A stretch of DNA of 64,000 nucleotides from the IMG/VR virus record IMGVR_UViG_3300050343_000261; one strand, given 5' to 3'. A program made the translations under genes and the position numbers. Of the stretch, positions 47,138-55,448 are shown one piece after another. The notes beneath the pieces were generated by a model that did not search any database, was not told where the DNA came from, and was given only the letters and a program-made list of their open reading frames with translations. Source of the DNA: a virus. Positions within the stretch are counted from its first letter, which is position 1, and each line of letters starts with the position of its first letter.

Positions 47138-47806
47138 TCAGACTTGGAGTGCTGTGATTTTTTCTTCAACGAATTTCTCGATGTATTGAACAAGAAGTTT
47201 CATATATTTCATTTTATCATACTCTTCGTAAACTTGCACCTCTCCGTTCTCACATGTCATAATAATGACAAGTTTTTTTACGGGGATACCAGTACGTTCA
47301 AAGAACATACAAGCATATCCTGCTGCTTGTACGAAGTAACCTTCAATCCACTCCCTAGGTTTAGGTTTTGCTGATGTCTTGAAGTCAATGATTGCAAGTT
47401 CTCCATCGTACTCAGCGATGCAATCTACTGTACCTGCGACCCCAAGTTCCTCGCTATAGAGACTTTTTTCTAATGCGTATATGTTATTTATATTTTGTAA
47501 TGTTTTCTTTGCCTGGAGGAATAGCATTTTCGGTCCAGGATTCTTATATTCCACCTCTTTATTCAGCATGAATGTCTCGATCAACTCGTGACATTCTGTA
47601 CCACGACTGGTAGCACGTTTGGTGATACGGTTTGCTTCCTTATCACCGACACGTTTTCTCCACTCGACAAATTTCTTTGCACTCCAATGAGAAGTGACCG
47701 AGGTGATGGACACCATCGGTCGGTCATTGACTGTGTAAAAACGAACTCCTTCAATATTCTTCCGCTGAAGTCGCGGAAGATCACATTCTACATGGTCAAA
47801 CATCAC
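47138..47806 (-). CDS. PD-(D/E)xK exonuclease (T4-like cyanophage exonuclease)
   Basis: SITSVT, RGT..H, AGTVDCIAEYDG.LAIIDFKTS.KPK, YFVQ..Y. Confidence 0.88.
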   Translation of the reverse strand: MMFDHVECDLPRLQRKNIEGVRFYTVNDRPMVSITSVTSHWSAKKFVEWRKRVGDKEANRITKRATSRGTECHELIETFMLNKEVEYKNPGPKMLFLQAKKTLQNINNIYALEKSLYSEELGVAGTVDCIAEYDGELAIIDFKTSAKPKPREWIEGYFVQAAGYACMFFERTGIPVKKLVIIMTCENGEVQVYEEYDKMKYMKLLVQYIEKFVEEKITALQV

Positions 47807-48558
47807 ATACCAAGTTCGATTTTGCTGGTTATGTAGGACTTGACAAGTCCTGAGCGAACGATATCCTCGATACCAAATTCGATTGAATCAAATTCTGGCA
47901 TGCGTTGGATGATCTTCATGAAATCTAGGATTCCATTTTTCTCATTGGTCTTGACAAGATCAGTCTGTGCCACATCACCACAGAACATGATCTTAGAACC
48001 TTCACCCACGCGGGTGATGATGCTGTCAAGTTCGTGGAAATTGAGGTTTTGAGACTCATCTACAATAATGATAGCATCATCCAGCGTAGTACCACGGATA
48101 AAGCTAGTAGACCAGAACGTCACTGACTCCTGTGCTTTCAGGTTACCCCAAAGCATTTCAAAGTCATTGTCCGTAGGCATCTCAAACATATACTTCACCA
48201 TATTCTTATAAGGAATTTGGTAAAGAGCAGACTTATCCTCGTGGTCTCCAGGAAGAAATCCGATCTCACGTGTTGACACCAGTGACCGAACAAGAACTAC
48301 CTTGTTATATTGCGTCAAAGGATCAAGCACATCCCTCAATGCCAGATAGAGAGTGATGAACGTTTTACCAGTGCCAGCACACCCGAAAAGAAATAGATTC
48401 TGATCGTCTGTGTACTTTTGGAATACCGTCTCCTGATTATCTGTGATTGGTAGAATTTCTACCATCGAATCAGAATTGATTGGTTTCTTACGTCGCATTT
48501 GCTTGGCAGTCATGCCAGCACCAACAGATGAAGAAATCTTCTTACGACGTGCTGTCAT
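47803..48558 (-). CDS. phoH: PhoH-like protein
   Basis: GCAGTGKT, RSLV, GFLPG, SFIRGTT, DESQN, TRVG..GD..Q, VRSGLV. Confidence 0.95.
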   Translation of the reverse strand: MTARRKKISSSVGAGMTAKQMRRKKPINSDSMVEILPITDNQETVFQKYTDDQNLFLFGCAGTGKTFITLYLALRDVLDPLTQYNKVVLVRSLVSTREIGFLPGDHEDKSALYQIPYKNMVKYMFEMPTDNDFEMLWGNLKAQESVTFWSTSFIRGTTLDDAIIIVDESQNLNFHELDSIITRVGEGSKIMFCGDVAQTDLVKTNEKNGILDFMKIIQRMPEFDSIEFGIEDIVRSGLVKSYITSKIELGM

Positions 48559-48806
48559 GAGTGTGTAGTTTTCTGGGGTTTGACTCGTGAACCAGGAACT
48601 TGTGCAACCTTTGATAGAACTTCATTCCATCCACCATCAGTCCTACTGTAAACGTCACCTGTACCACTAACGGCAGAGGCAGTTCCTTTAGACCAATCTT
48701 TGTCCCAATCAGGATTGTCTTTACGCCACTGATCATAGTCAGCAACTTTCATTGACAATTCCTTTGTCTCGCCAGTTGTCAGATGTTTTACAGGATATGT
48801 TGGCAT
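48555..48806 (-). CDS. Conserved T4-like cyanophage protein (MPTYP..GE...Y..W..DNPDW family, FmdB-like)
   Basis: 83 aa upstream of phoH; recognisable family. Confidence 0.8.
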   Translation of the reverse strand: MPTYPVKHLTTGETKELSMKVADYDQWRKDNPDWDKDWSKGTASAVSGTGDVYSRTDGGWNEVLSKVAQVPGSRVKPQKTTHS

Positions 48807-48826
48807 GTGAGGGTAGTTTTGGTTAT

Positions 48827-49618
48827 TTATTTTGAAGGAATAACCTTTCGTTTACTCCGTTCTTGCAGTGCAGCACTGAACTTTATTGGTTTGGCAGTAC
48901 ACATGTTACATACACTTTCAGTAAGTCTACTATTATTACAGAAATTTGTCAATGCATCATCACTACAATCAACAGGAACACCATCGACAAGATACTCCTG
49001 CCACTCAGGATCATCCTGTTGATCAGTCACATATAATAGTTCCCTCAGAAATGCTGTGTTGGGACACTTCCACAGTTTCCCATCATACAACTGTGCATTA
49101 GGACAAGAACAAACCTTGAAACTCTTTGCTGGATTCTTATGCTCGTAAGGATAGACCTTACCATCTCTCTTCTTGATAGAGTTGAACCACCTATCTTTAC
49201 CAGTATGGTGCTCAGTAACAAGAACCTTAGGGTGGTTGAACTCTTTGATGATCTGTTCTACTTCTGGTAGATGAATGCTAATCCTAAGAAATATCTGTGG
49301 ATTCTCTAGACTCTTTTTGATCCATGCTTCATTCTGTAGGAGCAATAGACCATTACTGTAGAGATAGACAGGAGAATCAGTGTGTGTTGTACATGCATTT
49401 ACAATCTCCTCACAACGGGGATTCAGTAGTGGTTCGCCACCAATGACGGACACTCTACCTATATTTACCCTAGGCAATAGAGTTGCTATGTCATCAAGCA
49501 AACTATCAGTGTCTACCTTACTACCAGGAGCAAAATAGTTACTGAAATGATTACAACCCTTACATTGAAGGTTGCAACCAATAGATGCACTGATATCTAA
49601 GATGTCAATTGATGCCAT
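48827..49618 (-). CDS. Radical SAM protein (paralog B)
   Basis: CNLQCKGC, VIGGEPLL, YSNG, CSCPNAQLYDGKLWKCP; start MASID at 49618. Confidence 0.92.
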   Translation of the reverse strand: MASIDILDISASIGCNLQCKGCNHFSNYFAPGSKVDTDSLLDDIATLLPRVNIGRVSVIGGEPLLNPRCEEIVNACTTHTDSPVYLYSNGLLLLQNEAWIKKSLENPQIFLRISIHLPEVEQIIKEFNHPKVLVTEHHTGKDRWFNSIKKRDGKVYPYEHKNPAKSFKVCSCPNAQLYDGKLWKCPNTAFLRELLYVTDQQDDPEWQEYLVDGVPVDCSDDALTNFCNNSRLTESVCNMCTAKPIKFSAALQERSKRKVIPSK

Positions 49619-50420
49619 GATATGCCAAGTACGCAGCACCCATGGCAGTGCCTCCATCGTTTGCTAGTGGTTCTGCATAGAACCTGTGATCAGGGAATCT
49701 TCCCAATGCTTTGTAGTTTGCTACACAATTCAAGAAACATCCCCCTGCAAAGACAATATTTGTTGTAGGTGCCATACGGATCAGTTCTAACACCCTCTCT
49801 TCCCACTCTGCCTGCAAAGACTTGGCAGGTTCAGAATCATAAACACTCTTCCCCATAACCTTACCTGCATCCATGTAGTGCCATCCATATTGAACGCATG
49901 CCTCTTCAAATCTCCTACCAAAACCAATATTATCAGGAGAGAACATGGTCTTATGAATTACACCCCAAGTGGGAGCAAAGAAAATAGATTCTATCTCTAG
50001 ACCTTCAGGTGTCTTTGATCCATTAGAATCAACAACAATACAAGTGGCAGTCTCAAATCCTGAGTTGTAGAAACCACATGCAGCGTGTGTCATATGGTGC
50101 TTCTTTCTGTAGTCATACAGTGCGGCACCAGGAAACTTTCTCTTGACAGCAGACAACATCTTGATGTTATCAACCTGCTTGTTACCACGTTTCCAAAAGG
50201 AATCTGCCAAAGCAATGTGCTCTATTCCCTCAGGCAACATATCAAGTAGAGACCTGATGTCATAGTCATACTTTACATAGGAAACACGCTCTGCCTCCAG
50301 GTACCAAACAGGTTTACCATCCTCAAGTAGACAAGCAGATCCATTATTAGACAGGTTCAACCCTAGGAGCAAATTTTTTGCCCGAGTTTTTTTCCCACTT
50401 TTCTGTAAATGAAAAGTCAT
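49605..50420 (-). CDS. Carbamoyltransferase N-terminal (Kae1-like) module 2
   Basis: LGLN.S.NGSACL..EAER.S..K, HH.THA..GFYNS, GKVMG, GGCFLNCVAN, NDGGTAMGAA. Confidence 0.88.
   Translation of the reverse strand: MTFHLQKSGKKTRAKNLLLGLNLSNNGSACLLEDGKPVWYLEAERVSYVKYDYDIRSLLDMLPEGIEHIALADSFWKRGNKQVDNIKMLSAVKRKFPGAALYDYRKKHHMTHAACGFYNSGFETATCIVVDSNGSKTPEGLEIESIFFAPTWGVIHKTMFSPDNIGFGRRFEEACVQYGWHYMDAGKVMGKSVYDSEPAKSLQAEWEERVLELIRMAPTTNIVFAGGCFLNCVANYKALGRFPDHRFYAEPLANDGGTAMGAAYLAYHGIN
50370..50396. repeat. Dispersed T-tract/CCCGAG/T-tract motif, copy 2
   Basis: caaattttttgcccgagtttttttccc, inside the 5' end of a CDS. Confidence 0.6.
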
Positions 50421-51013
50421 TTTCGCACCAGCTTTCCAACCTCTGGAAAGTATAGGTATGGTATATCAGACTCATAGAATGTTTTGAATGCATCCTGCGG
50501 AGACTCTACTAATGGTTCACCTGCCAGGTTGAATGAGGTGTTGAACAGCATTGGGATGCCTGTCTTGTCCCAGAATGCACTGATTAGTTTGTAGTAGTGC
50601 TCGTTCTGCTGCTCAGTAACAGTTTGAATACGACAAGTCTTGTCGATGTGCAGGACACCTGGAATCAAATGCCAACCAGGTGGACGTGCATCCATGGCAT
50701 ACATCATGAACGGAGACTCGTCAAGTCCACGCATGTAAAACCAATCGTTTGCATATTCAAGCATGACACTGGCAGCAAATGGTCTCCAGTGCTCACGCTT
50801 TTTGATTAGATTGACGGTCTTCTGTGCTTCATGATCACGAGGATCATACAACAAAGATCTATTTCCAAGAGCACGAGGACCTGCCTCTGATCTGCCTTGG
50901 AACAATGCAACCACTTCTTTACCTGCGATGATGTCTGCTACATCTTTGTAAGTTACATCGTCACCGTCAACAAAGGAGAGATCGTATTCAGGACCGAGGT
51001 ACAGTGTTCTCAT
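50417..51013 (-). CDS. Carbamoyltransferase C-terminal (YrdC-like) module
   Basis: QGRSEAGPRALGNRS, KREHWRPFA, H.DKTCRIQTV, NTSFNLAGEPLVESP. Confidence 0.93.
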   Translation of the reverse strand: MRTLYLGPEYDLSFVDGDDVTYKDVADIIAGKEVVALFQGRSEAGPRALGNRSLLYDPRDHEAQKTVNLIKKREHWRPFAASVMLEYANDWFYMRGLDESPFMMYAMDARPPGWHLIPGVLHIDKTCRIQTVTEQQNEHYYKLISAFWDKTGIPMLFNTSFNLAGEPLVESPQDAFKTFYESDIPYLYFPEVGKLVRK

Positions 51014-51980
51014 AATGTTCCAATAGAGCAGAACCGATGGCAAGACCGCCATCATAAGCAAGGGGATCTACATACAAATTTATACCAGTTTTTAGGAGAT
51101 GATGGTTAGCAATACAGTTGAGGAAAAATCCTCCTGTAAGAACCACGTTCTCCTTACCGGTCAATTCATATGCTTTCTCAAGCATGAACATAGCATGTTC
51201 CTCAGCAGACTTTTGTAGTCGATATGCTAAGTCTTCAGGGTGCCACTCATGCCCAGTATACCTGGTGGTATTACCTTCTGGACTGAGTTCAGTAGAGCAC
51301 ACGCTATGCCCATTGTCAATCTCAAATAGATCTATAGGTGCTGCACCGTAGGTGGACAGACCCATGGTCTTACCAGCATCAGTTTCATCAAACCCACAGT
51401 ATCGTGACACTCTACGATACGCCTGACCAACGCTGGTCCTATTGCTGTAAAAGTTTTTACCGTCCCAGAAAGAAGAATCTAACTTTTTAGACTCATCTTC
51501 GCTCCAGAACGTAGAGTAATGTTTGAAGACTGACTCAAACTTTCCGTCGTTTACGTCAAAAATACTTTCAGTCTCACAGAACTTCAGATCTTTATGATGG
51601 TGTAGAGAACCTTTACCATCCATGACGATGACAGCAGCATCTTTGAACTCAGAGTTGTAATATGCATTCGCTGCATGGCATTCATGATGCCTGTCACGAT
51701 AATCTTTTAGTGGAAGTCCTTTTTCCTTGACTAGATCAATGATTTTGTTTGCCTGCTTGGTTCTAAACAGGTATTTTTTCAAATTATATGTGGTATAGCA
51801 GTCACATATAGTGACCACACCAATAGAATCATCTAAAAATTGAGTCGCAGCAGTCAGAGCAGATCGATCTCTCTTGACACGACTCAATCTTTCTTCTTCA
51901 ATGTAGAATTGAACCTCACCATCCTCAAGGATGGCAAGAGACCCATTATGCGACAGATTTATTCCGCAGATTCTACCCAT
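50988..51980 (-). CDS. Carbamoyltransferase N-terminal (Kae1-like) module 1
   Basis: GINLSHNGS..EEERLSR.K, HHECHA..YYNS, VMDGKG, GKTMGLS.YG, GGFFLNC.AN, DGG.AIG. Confidence 0.92.
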   Translation of the reverse strand: MGRICGINLSHNGSLAILEDGEVQFYIEEERLSRVKRDRSALTAATQFLDDSIGVVTICDCYTTYNLKKYLFRTKQANKIIDLVKEKGLPLKDYRDRHHECHAANAYYNSEFKDAAVIVMDGKGSLHHHKDLKFCETESIFDVNDGKFESVFKHYSTFWSEDESKKLDSSFWDGKNFYSNRTSVGQAYRRVSRYCGFDETDAGKTMGLSTYGAAPIDLFEIDNGHSVCSTELSPEGNTTRYTGHEWHPEDLAYRLQKSAEEHAMFMLEKAYELTGKENVVLTGGFFLNCIANHHLLKTGINLYVDPLAYDGGLAIGSALLEHYENTVPRS

Positions 51981-52606
51981 TCCAATGCCTCACTCACAGA
52001 AGGATACTGTTCAATGAAAATCTTCTTACATGCATGGGCGATGTCCATGTGCTCCTTCTGAGTGCCATTTTCAGACCTCAGATTGATGTAATGGATCCAT
52101 GACCTACATGAGCCTGTCATGTAAATTTTGGTGGGTGTACAGAGTGGAAGCACCATTCTTGCACATTCTTTTGCTACCCCCTCCTCTAGCATCTGATTGT
52201 AAAGCGATTGTGCAGAGGAGAATAGAGTTTGCATCTGTAACTCTAATTTCTGAACAGTATATGGATCCAAATCATCAATACTATTTTGCCTGTTCTTAGT
52301 ATCCTGACGACGCATTGCAGGAAGAGGAATGTTATCCTTCAGCAATTTAGTGTCAGCATATCTTTGGGAGAACTCTTGGAATGTGAATGAACGGTGCCTC
52401 AAAATTTGAGCTGCGATTGCTCTAGTTGTAAAGATCTCCAAAGTCATTGTTGATTGCTCAAACACACTCCAATGGTTGTGCTTGATACAATACTTCAGTA
52501 GACCAGAATACTTTTCATTCTCTTGATTAGCAGGATTGCTCACACGAGCAATGTACGCCATCATCTGCTCAGAATCAGGAGTAACGCTGATAAGTTCTAC
52601 TGTCAT
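51959..52606 (-). CDS. thyX: Flavin-dependent thymidylate synthase ThyX
   Basis: HWSVFE, QILRHRSFTFQEFSQRY, KECARMVLP, RSWIHY, QKEH. Confidence 0.97.
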   Translation of the reverse strand: MTVELISVTPDSEQMMAYIARVSNPANQENEKYSGLLKYCIKHNHWSVFEQSTMTLEIFTTRAIAAQILRHRSFTFQEFSQRYADTKLLKDNIPLPAMRRQDTKNRQNSIDDLDPYTVQKLELQMQTLFSSAQSLYNQMLEEGVAKECARMVLPLCTPTKIYMTGSCRSWIHYINLRSENGTQKEHMDIAHACKKIFIEQYPSVSEALEWVESAE

Positions 52607-52755
52607 GGACCTTCGTAAATTTCGTCGTAGTTTTGCTCAACAGGGTCACACTCGTCGAAACGATAAGACTCCACGTCAGAGTAGACCTCTGCTTTGAGAG
52701 CACTGAGAAGCATTTCCAAATCGGAAACAATGATCTTGAGTTTGTCTCGTTCCAT
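52603..52755 (-). CDS. Small acidic hypothetical protein (50 aa, MERDKLKIIVSDLEMLL..KAEVYSD)
   Basis: Hand-translated; ATGA overlap with thyX; perfect promoter upstream. Confidence 0.75.
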   Translation of the reverse strand: MERDKLKIIVSDLEMLLSALKAEVYSDVESYRFDECDPVEQNYDEIYEGP

Positions 52756-52761
52756 GGTTTT

Positions 52762-52790
52762 ATTATAAAACAAAAAAGGGAAGGTGTCAA
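52762..52790 (-). promoter_or_regulatory. Perfect sigma70 promoter TTGACA-N17-TATAAT
   Basis: -35 at 52785-52790 (in the terminator loop), -10 at 52762-52767. Confidence 0.8.
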
Positions 52791-52800
52791 ACCTTCCCTT
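52772..52800 (-). terminator. Intrinsic terminator after the riboswitch/peptide operon
   Basis: AAGGGAAGGT-5nt-ACCTTCCCTT stem followed by T run on the minus strand. Confidence 0.8.
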
Positions 52801-52834
52801 AGTTATACAAGATCATTTGTCTAACAAATGTATC

Positions 52835-53002
52835 TCACCTTTTGTAAGTGCTTCCACGATAGCAGAAAGTCCCATGAGACTCTTTGCTTTCTACACAACG
52901 TGTGTCATACTCCACTCCACGGTATGTGGTGTGATGAATTTGTGCGTTGTGAAGAGCAGATGCTTTGACGATCTGCTTCTGGATCATTTTTAGTGTGTTC
53001 AC
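52835..53002 (-). CDS. DUF4278-like YRG-repeat peptide (55 aa)
   Basis: GGAG SD + GTG start; MNTLKMIQKQIVKASALHNAQIHHTTYRGVEYDTRCVESKESHGTFCYRGSTYKR has two YRG.xY motifs. Confidence 0.8.
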   Translation of the reverse strand: MNTLKMIQKQIVKASALHNAQIHHTTYRGVEYDTRCVESKESHGTFCYRGSTYKR

Positions 53003-53036
53003 TGTAGGTACTCCTAAAGTAGTTGGATTTTTAGGT

Positions 53037-53218
53037 CCGTTCCTTTAGTCGTTTGCGTCCCAATAACACTCAGGAGTTGCCTCCTTCATGGTCTCTACAA
53101 GTTCAACTTTCAACGAAAGAGGAAGATCCTCATTCGCTTTCATCCGTAGCATAATGCTATCGGCTTGCTGACATGTGAGCGAGGTATACAGTAGTATATC
53201 AAGCATTGGGATGAACGG
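53037..53218 (-). promoter_or_regulatory. Glutamine-II (Downstream-peptide)-like riboswitch copy 2 with an ORF in its P2 loop
   Basis: 5' arm CCGUUCAUCCCA (53218-53207); 3' arm UGGGACGCAAACGACUAAAGGAACGG (53062-53037); P1 CCGUUC/GAACGG and P2 UCCCA/UGGGA. Confidence 0.65.
53045..53206 (-). CDS. Small peptide (53 aa, MLDILLYTSLTCQQAD...TPECYWDAND) nested in the riboswitch
   Basis: Hand-translated open frame; the last five codons and stop are the riboswitch 3' arm. Confidence 0.75.
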   Translation of the reverse strand: MLDILLYTSLTCQQADSIMLRMKANEDLPLSLKVELVETMKEATPECYWDAND

Positions 53219-53220
53219 CT

Positions 53221-53261
53221 CCGTTCCGCGACTTACTTGCGTCCCCGAAGGGATGAACGAT
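53221..53261 (-). promoter_or_regulatory. Glutamine-II (Downstream-peptide)-like riboswitch copy 1
   Basis: AUCGUUCAUCCC-UUCG-GGGACGCAAGUAAGUCGCGGAACGG: P1 CGUUC/GAACG, P2 with UUCG tetraloop, GACGCAAG core; TATAAT at 53277-53282 upstream. Confidence 0.7.
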
Positions 53262-53299
53262 TCGCATGATGTTATATTATATAGAAAAGAACATCAGCA

Positions 53300-54412
53300 T
53301 CAATTGCTAAGTCTCTTCTTTCCGCAGTAGTCCGCACAGATGTGTGGTCTACTACTCCAAGAGTCTACCAGAGTATGCTGAAAAAAGGGAGTCTGTAAAA
53401 CATCTTGTAAGGATTGATGCTCTAGGGAGATGGTTTTGATACCACCCTGCTCCTCTATCAAAGGGATCACGTTGTCCCAAAAGACCTGCTGCATATACTC
53501 TGCACCCACTCCCTTGTTTGGGTTTTTGATGTCACGGAAGACAGCAGGTGCATCAGGGTCATTATCAATATAATATCCAGGATAGAAAAACCTGAGACGT
53601 GACTGATGGAAGCAGCAAGCATGCACCACACCCCTACTATCGATCCTCAGTTGACCAGGACTACCTTTGCTATGCTTATAGCGGCACACCACCTCTGAGT
53701 CCTCTGCTACGGGTTCTGGGTGGTACACATGGTCAGGATCGTCTGCTACCTGTAGGGTATGCACCTTATCTCGGTATGAATACGTAAATTTACCGTCACC
53801 ACGACCACTAGCGTCATACATATCATTGACCCGAGTATGCTGAAAGTCTTTGAACTTCCATAGTTTACTCAGCGTCTTACATCTTTTTATCTGATGTTGG
53901 TTGTGTTTGAAGACTAGCATCCTCCAAACAGCAGGACCACCTGCCGCAATGAATGCTTTAGCACTCCTCATTACTTTCTTATAGTCCACACCTACACGGT
54001 AATGCTGCAGTGTATCTTCTAGACCATCAATAGAAAAGATGAGGAAACTATCTTTATGTGATGCTCCCATGAGAGCACCAAGTCTTCCCCAAAATGCATC
54101 GTCACGAGTGCCTCCATTGGTACTCATCTGGAAAACAATATTGGGATTTGACTTTAGAGTATAGGCATATATTTCAAGCAGATCATCACACAATGTAGGC
54201 TCACCAAAAGACCCTTGGAAGTAGATCAACTCTGTCTTCTCAAGGGTTTTTTGAGGGAACCATGTCTTCCACTGATCAAGAGAGATCTTTGACAAGTTCA
54301 TTGATGGGTCAGGTGCAAGCACCGCAACTTCATCATTGTATGATGTCTTATGCCTAGCACACAGAGGACACTTGGAGTTACAATGATCTGTTAGATCAAT
54401 GAGAAACTTCAC
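53300..54412 (-). CDS. Radical SAM protein with SPASM/twitch-like C-terminus
   Basis: CNSKCPLC, GSFGEPT, STNG, FSIDGL..Y.YR.G, C..VHACC..C...C. Confidence 0.9.
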   Translation of the reverse strand: MKFLIDLTDHCNSKCPLCARHKTSYNDEVAVLAPDPSMNLSKISLDQWKTWFPQKTLEKTELIYFQGSFGEPTLCDDLLEIYAYTLKSNPNIVFQMSTNGGTRDDAFWGRLGALMGASHKDSFLIFSIDGLEDTLQHYRVGVDYKKVMRSAKAFIAAGGPAVWRMLVFKHNQHQIKRCKTLSKLWKFKDFQHTRVNDMYDASGRGDGKFTYSYRDKVHTLQVADDPDHVYHPEPVAEDSEVVCRYKHSKGSPGQLRIDSRGVVHACCFHQSRLRFFYPGYYIDNDPDAPAVFRDIKNPNKGVGAEYMQQVFWDNVIPLIEEQGGIKTISLEHQSLQDVLQTPFFQHTLVDSWSSRPHICADYCGKKRLSN

Positions 54413-54864
54413 TTGTCACGCCAGTGAATCTCAGGGTATGCTTTTTCTACAACGCTACGAGTAATGCGATACTTACTCTGCAGTTCACTGTCTTTGGTCA
54501 GAGTAACAATCTCTGCTTCGTCAGCATGGAGTGACTCTAGGAGTTGAATCAACAAGGTTTCCCGACGCATCTGAGATAGTTTGTCGTTACCACCACGGAT
54601 AAAGTTATACAGTGACCTCCACTCATGTACTAGACGAGTGTGACCATCAGTACCAGCAGGAGACTCGTTCCTCTTATAGGGAACATCTCCTTCGGGGATA
54701 GCAGACTTGATTCCCTTGTCAAAGTTCCAGATAAGGATTGCCTTTACATCATCCCGTTTGTGTTGTTCAAGTAGTTCAACCTTTTTATCCACAGTCTTGG
54801 CACCATGCACTGCTTTGAACAGTTCAGAGACCAGAGGATTGCTAGGAAGTTTGGACGTTGCCAT
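54409..54864 (-). CDS. Conserved T4-like cyanophage hypothetical protein
   Basis: L.SELF..V..K...K.ELL..LIWNFD..IPEG.VPY..RRETL.IQLLE.LH..EAE. Confidence 0.85.
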   Translation of the reverse strand: MATSKLPSNPLVSELFKAVHGAKTVDKKVELLEQHKRDDVKAILIWNFDKGIKSAIPEGDVPYKRNESPAGTDGHTRLVHEWRSLYNFIRGGNDKLSQMRRETLLIQLLESLHADEAEIVTLTKDSELQSKYRITRSVVEKAYPEIHWRDK

Positions 54865-54866
54865 AA

Positions 54867-55097
54867 TTAGTCTTCAAATTCATCGAGGTAGGGGGTCTCA
54901 CCTTCAAATCGGAAAGAGATTAGAGTGTCGGCAACAGGATTACCATGCTCATCAAACATCTCAGGGTGAGAATACTGGGGAGTTACATCGTGGATGTAAG
55001 TACGGACTAGGTACCCAATTACTAAACCAATTGCAATTGTTTGTAGCATGATCACCACAAACATTGCGAAAAAGACAGTAGTTGAATCGAGCGCCAT
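54867..55097 (-). CDS. Membrane-anchored hypothetical protein (HPEMFDE.GN motif)
   Basis: Single TM helix followed by an acidic tail. Confidence 0.78.
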   Translation of the reverse strand: MALDSTTVFFAMFVVIMLQTIAIGLVIGYLVRTYIHDVTPQYSHPEMFDEHGNPVADTLISFRFEGETPYLDEFED

Positions 55098-55098
55098 G

Positions 55099-55191
55099 CT
55101 AATTCTCCCTTTCTATATGTAGCGAAAATCTCTTGCCAAATATTTTGAAAAGAGGTACTAGTTTGTAGGGGTGTTTCCTTCTATTATACAT
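55099..55191 (-). CDS. Possible basic micro-protein (MYNRRKHPYKLVPLFKIFGKRFSLHIEREN)
   Basis: Hand-translated; fills the gap exactly; start uncertain. Confidence 0.4.
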   Translation of the reverse strand: MYNRRKHPYKLVPLFKIFGKRFSLHIEREN

Positions 55192-55211
55192 GAGAAGGGT
55201 GCCCTTGTTTA

Positions 55212-55448
55212 TCAAATCATCTCCAGAGTTTGAAGATGATGGAGTGTCTCTTTGCATCCACCAATTGCTTTGTTGTTGATAGAGACTTGTGGGAAGGTAG
55301 CACCTTCCTCAAACTCATTGTAGAATTGATCTTTTGTGAAATCTTTGTCAAGTTTATACTCAAGGTATTCAATGTCAACTGACACTAGTAGTTGACGAAC
55401 CCTATCACACCACTGACAGTCGTCCTTCGAGTAAATTACTGCTTGCAT
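55212..55448 (-). CDS. Glutaredoxin (NrdC/NrdH-like)
   Basis: IYSK..CQWC, TFPQV, IGGC. Confidence 0.92.
   Translation of the reverse strand: MQAVIYSKDDCQWCDRVRQLLVSVDIEYLEYKLDKDFTKDQFYNEFEEGATFPQVSINNKAIGGCKETLHHLQTLEMI

Noticed and set aside
47138-47806. Cas4 / CRISPR adaptation gene
   Set aside because: PD-(D/E)xK motif is present but there is no four-Cys cluster and no array; it sits in the usual phoH-exonuclease-gp33 core context
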